Assembly: GCA_964106915.2 (NCBI GenBank)
Contig: OZ066914.1
From: Podarcis gaigeae
Taxonomy: Eukaryota
Strand: one strand, 5' to 3'
Length of the DNA: 64,000 nucleotides
Under the pieces are notes generated by a model. The model did no database searches, was not told where the DNA came from, and saw only the letters and a program-made list of their open reading frames with translations. Each line of letters starts with the position of its first letter. Position 1 is the first letter of the stretch. The position numbers and the translations under genes are program-made. This document shows positions 15,301 to 24,221 of this stretch, piece after piece.

Positions 15301-18300
15301 CTCCTGTCCCAGATTTTGCACTCTTTCCCCCAACTGCCAGGAGATAAATCTATCTTCACACTTTTTGTTATCTGGACCATAGGCTATTACCAAGGGGTCA
15401 CATTCACCTTCTAACGCCAGTGTCTGAGCATGTGTGCTGATTCTGAGGGACAGAGGATAAAGGGCCTGAGGGCTAGTTCTTGATAGTTCTCAGGAGATTA
15501 GGCATCTCAGGCTTGGTTGTGTGTGTTCAGCCACTTTTGTTTTGCAGTGTTGGCATGCTGAGCTTGTGACTAAGCTGGCAGTGCCTGTTGTTTCTTTCCT
15601 GGCAGCAGAGAGTCCTCTTCTAAGCTAAGCATTCATTACTCACTCCCATCATTTGCAATTCATTCCTGTGACATAGTGGGCCCAGTGGCTTTTGTTTGAT
15701 GATTGTAGAAACGTAAAGGCAGTTTGTAAAGAAAATGCATCTAATGGGATGCGCCCGCCCCCTTCTATCATTGGGTGCCCCTGCCCACCCACATTGGCTC
15801 GGGGGTGTCAGGAGAACTCCCAAGAACAGCATGCAGGGGGAGAGTGAAGAATGTTGCCCTGATGGAATGGTCACCTTACTGCAGTGTTGACTTCCTCCTG
15901 TATAGTTTGTACTTAGAAGCTTGGCTGCAGGCATTGAAGGCCCTTTTGAAGAAAGGCTATAATGAGTACACACCTCATTTAACTTACTGAAATGCATTAG
16001 TTTCTGAGCAAAACTCAGCAACACTGCAGATCTGGGGGAAAATTATTGGCTGCAAAGGAGGAATTGTTTTAACAGCTGTTTTCAAGCAAACAGATAGAAA
16101 TAGTAAATGGACTTGTCGTTTCTGTATCTTAACCGTGTGCATGTATGTATCTATCTTTTCTCAACACAGAATAACATTTCGCCTTCTGAAGTAGTTCAGT
16201 GGTCCAATCACAGAGTAATGGAATGGCTCAGATCAGTAGATCTGGCAGAATATGCACCGAACCTTCGGGGAAGTGGAGTTCATGGTGGCCTTATTGTAAG
16301 AAACCAGATCTTGCCTTTTGCTTCCTATATATGTTTAAAAATCGGTTTTCCTAAGCATTTTTTGTCCTATATGCTGTGAGCTGAACAAAATGAGAGTGTT
16401 GTTCGTTGTGGCAGGAAATGGATTCATTGATTAGTTTTAAGCCATTTGACAACATATAAATTACATTTTATAAACTTGTGGTAGCTAAGAAGCTAGTTCC
16501 CCCACTCTTTTGTCATTTAAGATGTGGATCTGTGAAGCTGAAATTAGAGAGCGGAAATTACTTTCAAATCAGCAATTGATAAAGTGTCAGCTGAACCTCT
16601 CAATGGATGGGTGCTGTAACAGGTGCATGCTGGGCAGGACAAATTGTTTTCCAATAGAGAACATCCTTCGCAACATTGCAAGAGTCAGATGGCTTAGACT
16701 GAAGATCTGCAATTGGGGGGATTAAAAGTAATGATGCTCTTGACAGCAGGTCATATGGGGAATATTTTTTGATTCTTAGCTGTCTAAGGCAAAATAAACA
16801 CTACTATATTCTTTGCTAGTGCACTGATTTCTAAAAGACAGCTCATGAAGCCATCACAGTACTCAAGGTATACTCAGCTATACTGAGTTTATTTGCTATG
16901 GCTGATGAGAAAAACAGCCCATTGGGTATGTTTACCTTGACCTGGAGATCCATATATGTTCAAATGTGTGCTCTGGCTTGCACAATTATTTCATCATTTC
17001 AATGAGGTGGTAAATCTCCGTGTGAAATTGGAAGAGCACAACATTCCCCCGCCTCTGTTGGAATAAATTAGAAGGGATAATTACAGACAGCAAGCTCTGT
17101 AATTTCCCAGAATGCACTGCTCTTTTCTCATCATGCAGATCCCTATCTAAACTCCGCCTTGTCATCATTATCATAATAATGTTATTATTTGTAGCCTACC
17201 CATCTGACTGGGTTTCCTAAGCCATTCTGGGAGACTTCCAACAAAAATAAAACATCAAACATTAAAAGCTCCCCTATATAGACTGTCTTTGGATGTCTTC
17301 TAAAAGTTGTGTCGTTCTTTATCTCCTTGACATCTGGTGGGTGTTCCACAGGGATGGCACCAGTACCAAGAAGGCCCTCTGCCTGGTTCCCTGTAACCTT
17401 GCTTCTTGCCTTGATGCCTGTAGAGCAGAGCTAACCACCACAATTCTCTCCCGATGTTGCATTGGCCATGCTGACTGGGGCTGATCAGAGTTGGAGTCTA
17501 GCAACATCAGGAGGTCACAGGTTGCCCACTCCTGATCCAGAGCTTTGCAGTCCAACAACACATGGAGATATTAGAATGGAGGAGCTAAGCCACTCCTACT
17601 TAAGTGTGTGTACACATATTCATCTCTTCTTCCTCTGCCTTTCCCTTCCTTTTCTTCTGCATTGTTTTGCTACATTTAGATTATAAGATCCATGAGGTCC
17701 AATGCCCTTGCTTTTTCTTTGATTTTCCCCAAAGAATATCTTTACCTGGATGGTATGAGCAGAATATGGGACGTGGGTGGCGCTGTGGGTAAAACCTCAG
17801 TGCCTAGGACTTGCTGATCGTATGGTCGGCAGTTCGAATCCCCGCGGTGGGGTGAGCTCCCGTTGCTCAGTCCCAGCTCCTGCCCACCTAGCAGTTCGAA
17901 AGCACCCCTAAGTGCAAGTAGATAAATAGGTACCGCTTTATAGCGGGAAGGTAAACGATGTTTCCGTGTGCAGCACTGGTGCTGGCTCGCCAGTTGCAGC
18001 TTCGTCACACTGGCCACGTGACCCGGAAGTGTCTTCGGACAGCACCAGCTCCCGGCCTCTTGAGCGAGATGAGCGCGCAACCCTAGAGTCGGTCACGACT
18101 GGCCCATATGGGCAGGGGTACCTTTACCTTTATGAGCAGAATTCTACTTGTGAGATGCTCCTTCTGGTGGACGTGGAGAATATGATTTCCAATGTCCAAT
18201 GCAGCCCCATCTGTGCAACCTCCATCCCCAAAGTGCTCTGGAGGTTTGGGGGCCTTCCAGAACTGTGTGGGAATGGGGCAAAGAACTGCAAACTTCATCT

Positions 18301-19569
18301 CCCCCCACCTCCTTCCATGATTATGATCAGGTTCCCTTCCATTCACAGAAAGGCAACTCAGGATCCAGGCAAATATTATGAACATACCGTGGTCACATGG
18401 AAATGTATTGTGCATACTAACCTGTAGATCAGGAACTGCAGGCTCTGTGCATGGTTGTGCCTTTAATCACCCTATACAGAGTCTTAAACTGGTGCTTCTG
18501 AAAATTGCAAATGAATGTTCTGTTAATTTTATACAGCTGATGGTTGCAAACAAATGAAGAGCTGCTGCTTTCTCTCTGCAATGCCAGGAAGCATTCTAAA
18601 TGCTGCAAAGAAGGGTTGAAGCGCTCAGATAATTCAAAGCAGCCTTCAGAATGCTCAATTGCTTAGGGGGCATGTATAAATGCAGCATGTGTGTTATTTT
18701 TCCTGACAGATCCTTGAACCTCGTTTTAATGGTGATGCTCTGGCAATGCTTCTCAACATTCCACCTCAAAAAACGCTGCTAAGACGCCACTTAACCACTA
18801 ATTTCAACGTGCTAATTGGACCAGAGGCACAGCAAGAAAAAAGAGAAATATTGGAATCTACAGCTTATGCGCCTCTGACTACCACTGCGAAAGTCCGGGT
18901 AGGCCGCATGGGAAAACAATAACAACCACAACCACAGGGTTGTATTAAACGGAGTGTTAAACAGAATGCTTTATATCAGTACAAGGATATTTCTTTGTGC
19001 AACGAAATATTCTCTGCCCTGGGTAAAGTTTTAGCACAAGACACAGTCAGTTGCTTTCATTTTATTAGGTTGTTCATGGTTTGCTTGTTGCAGTGTATAC
19101 ATGTATTTAATCATTATAACATAAAAATGATGAATATATATATATTCTGTTCTGGGTTTCCCTCTAACCTTCCAGAGCAGATTTGGTGATGGCACAGACT
19201 GTGTTTGGAAGTGGGGAAGAATTCCCTTGTGCTGGCACTAATCCTTGGTGCAGCACAAAAACTTGCCCACAATTTCCTACTTTGCAAATTTGCAAGCCAG
19301 TCTTTGGAAGAGTTGAGTTGTTGTGAGTGTTCTTAATTTCTCAGCAGCAGATTATATATCTGTACACCACAGCCTATTTTAGCAACTGTTATGGCTTACC
19401 CCAAATAATCCTGTTAAGTCTAACTTGGTGAGGAAGCTGGCAATTCTTTTAAGTCTGTAGTACGTATACAACCATGAGACTGAAGCGCATAGCTCCTGGC
19501 TTTCACACATTGATGCATGTAGTAAGACCTGTCGGTTGTTGGGTACAAGATCAGTACCTGTTGTGTATT

Positions 19570-19618
<49 letters not shown>

Positions 19619-21276
19619 GTTTATCTGATGAATCTTTTAATTAAGATTGCAAACCTATAGTACCAGTTACAGATAGGTAGCCGTGTTGGTCTGCCATAGA
19701 TACACTTCTGAAGAAGTGTGCATGCACACGAAAGCTCATACCAAGAACTAACTTAGTTGGTCTTTAAGGTGCTACTGGAAGGAATTTTTTTTGTTTAAAC
19801 CTATAGTAATAATACATATTTAGTGGTATCTGTTCTTACAAACATTTTGCTGAAAGCAGCATGCACTCCCTTATTATGCAGAAGTTTGCTTGCTTTTTTA
19901 GAAGTCATGGGGAAGCAGTTGTTCAGAGAAGTAGCCCTTAGCATGCATTGATCCAAGACCAGCCCACCTATGAGGCAAAGTGAGTTGACTGCCTCAGGCA
20001 GCAGGATTCGCTGGGGCAGCAGATCCCAATGTCAATCTTTCTCTCTCCTTTTTCCAGGCTTCCCTGGTGTGGAGGGTGGCATCACTTTGGGGTCTGCCTC
20101 AGGTGACAAAATGCCTTGGACTGGGCCCTGCATTCTATGTTTCTCTGAAATGAGGAGTGTATGCAGGGATGGGGAATCTTTGGCCCTCCAGATGGTGGTG
20201 GACTCCCAGTTCTTATCAGCCCAGCAGTCAGGGTGTTGGGAGCTGGAGCTCAAAGAGTTCTGGAGGTCTACGGGTTCCCCATCCCTAGTTTAATGGCAAC
20301 AAATCTGGGCCAGCAAACACACAGATGGAGCATCCTTCACAGCTCTGTATTAAGTATTGCCTTGACCTGAAACAGCTTCAATTAATTGAAGCAGCAGTTC
20401 CTAATACAGTCGTACCTCGGAAGTCAAATGGAATCCGTAGCGGAAGTCCGTTCAACTTCCAAAACGTTTGGAAACTAAGGCACAGCTTCCAGTTGGAAGC
20501 TCCTGCAGCCAATCAGAACCCGCGTCGGACATTTGGATTCCAAAGAATATTTGCAAACTGAAACACTGACTGTTCACAGCGTTTGGGAGCCAAAACATTC
20601 AGGTCACAAGGCGTTTGACTTCTGAGGAATGACTGTACTATACTGTCCTGTAGTCTTTGGATGAAGGATAATGATGATGATGATGATTACTAGTACTACG
20701 TTTCTCTGATGTTGTACTCTTCCTTCCCCCCCTCACCCCACTATGCTTCTTATTCTCATTAGCCAAAGAAACTTGGATTTTCTCATTTTGGAAACTTGCG
20801 AAAGAAGAAATTTGATGAATCTACGGATTACATTTGCCCTATGGATACCAGCCCAAGTACCACCAATGGTACTCAGAGAAGCTACGGCTCCTACAAAGTG
20901 CACAATGCCCTCCCTGACAAAGAATTAGACAAACTGGATCAGGTGGGCCAGGCGGACTGATGTCACTCACCTTCCATCCTCTTCATGCATTCCAAAGCTT
21001 ACAAATAACCTTTTGTTTCAATTTAACCTAAAATGCATAATGCATCTGCATGGATTTAATGAATGTATTGGGATGAGGCTTGAAGAATCTGATACTTAAA
21101 ATGCCATCTGAATTATTTTCCATTTGCAACCACTGCGTCATCCTACTCACCTTCTCAAGCCCTTTTTCAGGAATGCAAAAAGCTTTACACAACAGTCATA
21201 GTTGAAGTCCAGGCAGCCCAAAGCCCCAATCCAGCAAGGGTGCTGTGCATGCACTGCTGCTGCAGGGCCATATGTT

Positions 21277-21331
<55 letters not shown>

Positions 21332-24221
21332 TCCGTAAGCGCTACCCAGAGATATTTTTAACTTTTTATATTAGCTTTATATTGTAAGCAGTTGTAAAGA
21401 TGTGTCTATTTTATTCCGGATAGTACAACTGGATTGTATATTTTTAATAAGACATGCTTATTTCATCTGTGCAGTGTCTGCACCACACTGAATGTACATG
21501 ATATGTTATTAAAGGAGCTAATGATATATCTATAAAAGAAGAAGAATGAACAAACAATAAAGCTCCTTAAAGCCAAGCTCCTTAAAAAGCTTAAAATTAA
21601 AATAACACACCCAGCAAACAATACCTCCCACTTTTCCTTAGCTTCAGGCTAAGGACAGGAGTTTGAAATACAGCATTGAAATACTATACTTATTTTGCAC
21701 TGGGTTATTTATACATGAGGACGCGGGTGGCGCTGTGGGTTAAACCACAGAGCCTACGACTTGCCGCTCAGAAGGTCGGCAGTTCGAATCCCTGTGATGG
21801 GGTGAGCTCCCGTTGCTTGATCCCTGCTCCTGCCAGCCTAGCAGTTCGAAAGCACCTCAAAGTGCAAGTAGATAAATAGGTACCGCTCTGGCGGGAAGGT
21901 AAATGGCATTTCCATGCGCTGCTCTGGTTCGCCATAAGCGGCTTAGTCATGCTGGCCACATGACCCAGAAGCTGTACGCTGGCTCCCTCGGCCAATAAAG
22001 CGAGATGAGCTATTTATACATTATCATCTTTGCATCTCCTAAGCAGGAGCCAATCAACAAATGTTATTGTCATTTTCCTGCTCAGCACCCTTGAAACTGG
22101 ATATTTCCCCTTGAGAGGTATTTTGTGCATTGTACAGTGTTGTTGGTGGGCATTTGCTCTGCAGATGTGTTGCTGAGTAACATGTGTGCTGTACCTTAAT
22201 ATTTTCTTTCTTTTTTAAAAATTTCTTGGTTTTCAAAGTGTCAGTGGTTCCTTGCATACACAAGAGATCTGTTGCACAAATGAAGGCTCCCCTGCATTTG
22301 GGTGGAAGCACTGCATATGCAAAGGCAGGTGTGAAGAGAGTGGCATCAAACACATGGAACTGTTGATTAAAGAAACAAATTTGGTTGGATTCCACCAGTT
22401 GTCATCCCCCATACACACACACAATGCAGGTTTTGCAAATCACATTTTTTAGGTTTGGGCTCTTTGTTATAATAATCAGGCAAGCTTGAATTTGCAGGTG
22501 AAGAGGCTGTCTGCCGTAAACTGAGAGCAACTGTGAATTAGAGGGCTGTACGTGTGTAAGGCAAGGAAAAGTTGCAAAGCCTAATACAGTCTTGCTGGTA
22601 ATTTGAGTTTCTAATAGCTTAAATTTACAGGCAGTAGTGGAGGGGGAATCATTCTAATTTTAAAAATGAACGTCCCAAAATGATGGATCTCAATATTAAT
22701 TATATAGATAGGTTTGTGAAATGAACGACTGACATCACTAAATATGTTCAAAGCACGAGCAACCTTTTTTTCAATTATGATGGCAGCATGCTGAATAGTT
22801 GAATTTGCATGTATGCATCTTGAAATGCTCTTGACTGCTGGAAAACCGCTTTTGTTCTGAAAATGTAGAATGGCACCCAAATTATGAATAAGGCAAACCC
22901 CTTGGATTTATTTATTTTTTTACTTAAGTTATTGCAAAATGAATTGCTTCAAATTTAATATTTTTGGCCCTGCTATCCTATTAACAGACTATATTCAACG
23001 GAAAGGTGTCAATTACTATGACTATGGCTAATGTGCAGTTTAGAAATAGTTCAAATACTCAAATTCTAATGTTGCTTTTAAAAAAATGAAATTTGAAGTC
23101 AGACAAGAATGACGTTCAGAAAAATGACTCTGAAGATAGTAATATAATTAAACCTATTTTTTTCTGAAGATAAAAGCACCTCTTGTATATGCACAATGGT
23201 TCAGAAAATATAAAGCATGTAGTGTTTGAATTAGCTGTTTTAATTTCATCAAGCTGAATGGTTTTACAGATGGAACATTCAGAAGGAACAGTAATGCAAA
23301 TAGGGGAACTTTCTCAAGGAATAAACAACCTCACAGTAAGTACTAATTTATCATTCATAACCTCATCGTATGCGCTAATTCAAAACTGAGATGAGGTGTA
23401 TTGATATGTTAATTACTCATGTTCATTTATATTCATTTATAGTTAAAACTCCTATAAGTAAGACTATATTATGGAGTTCAATTAAAAGCACAAATTTGAC
23501 CTAAGTGAATTTACATTTTAAGGACTGGAATGGAAATATTTATATCTTTGTAGATTGCATGTGAAATGAATTTATCTTTCCTAATGACTCAAGCAAATTT
23601 TCAGTCGTATGAGAAGAGAACTTTAGGTTATTACACACATTTTGCAAAACAAGTCAAATACAGAAAGGGATTATCTGCATAGGGAAGAGTGTTTAATGCA
23701 TGCCACAATTGCCTTTTGATCCCAGTCTGCATTGCGACATTTGCTGAACTAGCTTTCCAAGGCTATTAGTTTTGTACAAATGCTAGTAAAGAATATGAGC
23801 CACTGCTTTATTTGTTGAACAGTTACATCTATTTCTCCATACACCCAACATTCTCAAAAGTCAAAGTCTTGTTACTTATACTATGCATGACCTTAATTCC
23901 ACACACTATAAACACTATAAATTTCAGGGATTAAATTTGCCTGAAAGCAAATGAACTAGCTAAGTAAATTACTTGTGTGCAACTAGCTTCTACTGTTTCC
24001 AATTAGGTTAGTAAACTGGGTGTTATATATAATAATTATCTTGAATAAGCTGTTCATAATTTATGCCTATGTAAATCTTCGCTAAATCTGTAGAAGATCT
24101 AATCACTTACATCTGTGATTTATGAAGTCTACTATGGTTTGTTTTTTTCCAGACTATGTTAAGCCAAGATCAGTTGCTGAATGATGATAGATTTTTAACA
24201 ACAACGTTTGAGGACTGGTGA
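268..24221 (+). CDS. PPFIBP2: Liprin-beta-2, 5'-partial multi-exon gene (alternative stops at 20960 and 24221)
   Basis: Spliced exons give a continuous frame with liprin-beta hallmarks (DRRIEELT, EFRRGGLRATAGPRL, three SAM domains, KKFDESTDYICPM). Intron phases are all compatible. Neighbours CYB5R2 and OVCH2 match the known synteny. Confidence 0.97.
3459..3499. repeat. (GAGT)n microsatellite
   Basis: Direct read. Confidence 0.95.
4422..4528 (+). CDS. PPFIBP2: PPFIBP2 exon (TSERVLCGSSEDD...ELYKPE)
   Basis: ttttag| ... GAG|gttggt, 107 nt, phase 1 to 0. Confidence 0.88.
4618..4685 (+). CDS. PPFIBP2: PPFIBP2 exon (VPPGELNLPMLPPPPQKKMLEM), GC donor
   Basis: acacag| ... AG|gcaaga, 68 nt; phase 2 end is required by the downstream exons. 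Confidence 0.85.
4878..4946 (+). CDS. PPFIBP2: Probable PPFIBP2 symmetric cassette exon (SGSSPVPSNNLFSANGQSLEVQHR)
   Basis: taacag| ... AG|gtaaga, 69 nt, phase 2-2, open in frame. Confidence 0.65.
5666..5726 (+). CDS. PPFIBP2: PPFIBP2 exon (VPQKKISSSLEDLQSESLEK)
   Basis: tttaag| ... AAG|gttggc, 61 nt; SLEDL motif. Confidence 0.9.
6863..6904 (+). CDS. PPFIBP2: PPFIBP2 exon (HVDAKPVERDVAQE)
   Basis: ttcatag| ... GAG|gtatat, 42 nt, phase 0-0, pyrimidine tract upstream. Confidence 0.72.
7762..7912 (+). CDS. PPFIBP2: PPFIBP2 exon (NKPFVKSSKYQTLPGKL...SIQSL)
   Basis: acacag| ... A|gtacgt, 151 nt; KYxTLPGKL motif. Confidence 0.9.
8050..9212 (-). mobile_element. 5'-truncated non-LTR retrotransposon (LINE) fragment, C-terminal RT region
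   Basis: ORF 8724-9212 has LKINxxKTKV, FKYLG, MLYGAEIWG and RAELG motifs typical of LINE ORF2; clade not resolved; left boundary approximate. Confidence 0.8.
10188..10220 (+). CDS. PPFIBP2: PPFIBP2 33-nt cassette microexon (NRIRSVSAPILG)
   Basis: tgaag| ... G|gtatcg, phase 1-1; RSxSAP motif as in liprin-beta proteins; long pyrimidine tract upstream. Confidence 0.8.
   Translation: MASGVSVHQS
11005..11143 (+). CDS. PPFIBP2: PPFIBP2 exon (DSDNMDG...SPRGIKKIWGK)
   Basis: tcacag| ... AA|gtgagt, 139 nt. Confidence 0.93.
11306..11434 (+). CDS. PPFIBP2: PPFIBP2 exon (IRRTQSGNF...EFRRGGLRATAGPRLSRSKDTKGQK)
   Basis: aaaag| ... AG|gtaaag, 129 nt. Confidence 0.95.
12255..12390 (-). mobile_element. 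LINE (L2-like) 3'-end fragment
   Basis: Shares ccatctgactgggtt...acattaaaagct...gatgtcttctaaa with the 17190-17410 copy. Confidence 0.55.
12512..12662 (+). CDS. PPFIBP2: PPFIBP2 exon, SAM1 (DHNAPFAQWGTERV...PQDMEK)
   Basis: cctag| ... AAG|gtaaga, 151 nt. Confidence 0.96.
13135..13246 (+). CDS. PPFIBP2: PPFIBP2 exon (ELGIKQPLHRKKL...LDHIWVT)
   Basis: ttgcag| ... C|gtaagt, 112 nt. Confidence 0.96.
13703..13791 (+). CDS. PPFIBP2: PPFIBP2 exon, SAM2 (WLDDIGLPQYKDQFHESRVDGRMLQYLTV)
   Basis: ctgtag| ... GTG|gtaaga, 89 nt. Confidence 0.96.
14797..14919 (+). CDS. PPFIBP2: PPFIBP2 exon (NDLLFLKVTSQLHHLSIKCAI...RRPADE)
   Basis: ttgcag| ... GAG|gtgaga, 123 nt. Confidence 0.96.
16170..16295 (+). CDS. 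PPFIBP2: PPFIBP2 exon, SAM3 (NNISPSEVVQWSNHRVMEWL...GVHGGLI)
   Basis: acacag| ... ATT|gtaaga, 126 nt. Confidence 0.96.
17190..17410 (-). mobile_element. LINE (L2-like) 3'-end fragment
   Basis: Same family as 12255; next to an ATT-rich tail; shorter relics near 32230 and 60040. Confidence 0.55.
17768..18130 (+). mobile_element. Sauria SINE, full length
   Basis: tRNA-like head (gtggcgctgtggg...gttcgaatcc), aagtagataaataggtacc core, (ACCTTT)n tail, 12-bp TSD tatgagcagaat. Confidence 0.93.
18710..18898 (+). CDS. PPFIBP2: PPFIBP2 exon (ILEPRFNGDALAMLLNIPPQKTLLRRHL...TTAKVR)
   Basis: tgacag| ... CGG|gtaggc, 189 nt. Confidence 0.96.
19572..19613. repeat. (AAT)n microsatellite
   Basis: Direct read. 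Confidence 0.95.
19663..19796 (+). mobile_element. Penelope-like element terminal fragment with hammerhead core
   Basis: gtagccgtgttggtc...ctgaagaagtgtgcatgcacacgaaagctcatacc...ttagttggtctttaaggtgctac; flanked by the 12-bp direct repeat aaacctatagta. Confidence 0.75.
20407..20635. mobile_element. Tc1/mariner (Tigger/pogo-like) MITE
   Basis: Imperfect TIRs cagtcgtacctcggaagtc / gacttctgaggaatgactg, TA on both sides. Confidence 0.75.
20763..20960 (+). CDS. PPFIBP2: PPFIBP2 exon (PKKLGFSHFGNLRKKKF...LDQ); reads through to VGQAD* or splices at 20942
   Basis: cattag| acceptor; internal CAG|gtgggc donor after 20942; TGA at 20958-20960. Confidence 0.95.
   Translation, partial: PKKLGFSHFGNLRKKKFDESTDYICPMDTSPSTTNGTQRSYGSYKVHNALPDKELDKLDQVGQAD
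21281..21330. repeat. Compound (CA)n(TA)n microsatellite in the short-isoform 3' UTR
   Basis: Direct read. Confidence 0.95.
21717..22010 (+). mobile_element. Sauria SINE, 3'-truncated
   Basis: Head and core present, no tail; 11-bp TSD tatttatacat. Confidence 0.92.
22045..22139. mobile_element. Isolated Chapaev3-like transposon terminus
   Basis: Similar to 38748-38851 (caggagccaatcaac...ctcagcacc...ttttgtgcattgt.cagtg). Confidence 0.55.
23270..23335 (+). CDS. PPFIBP2: PPFIBP2 long-isoform exon (MEHSEGTVMQIGELSQGINNLT)
   Basis: ttacag| ... ACA|gtaagt, 66 nt; resembles the liprin-beta-1 SEGTVxQIG...GINNLT segment. Confidence 0.9.
24153..24221 (+). CDS. PPFIBP2: PPFIBP2 long-isoform terminal coding exon (TMLSQDQLLNDDRFLTTTFEDW*)
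   Basis: ttttccag| acceptor; TGA ends at 24221; AATAAA downstream at 24642, 25076 and 26276. Confidence 0.88.
   Translation, partial: TMLSQDQLLNDDRFLTTTFEDW

Noticed and set aside
17768-17860. tRNA-like A/B boxes (also at the other five copies)
   Set aside because: These are Sauria SINE heads, not tRNA genes; no complete cloverleaf.
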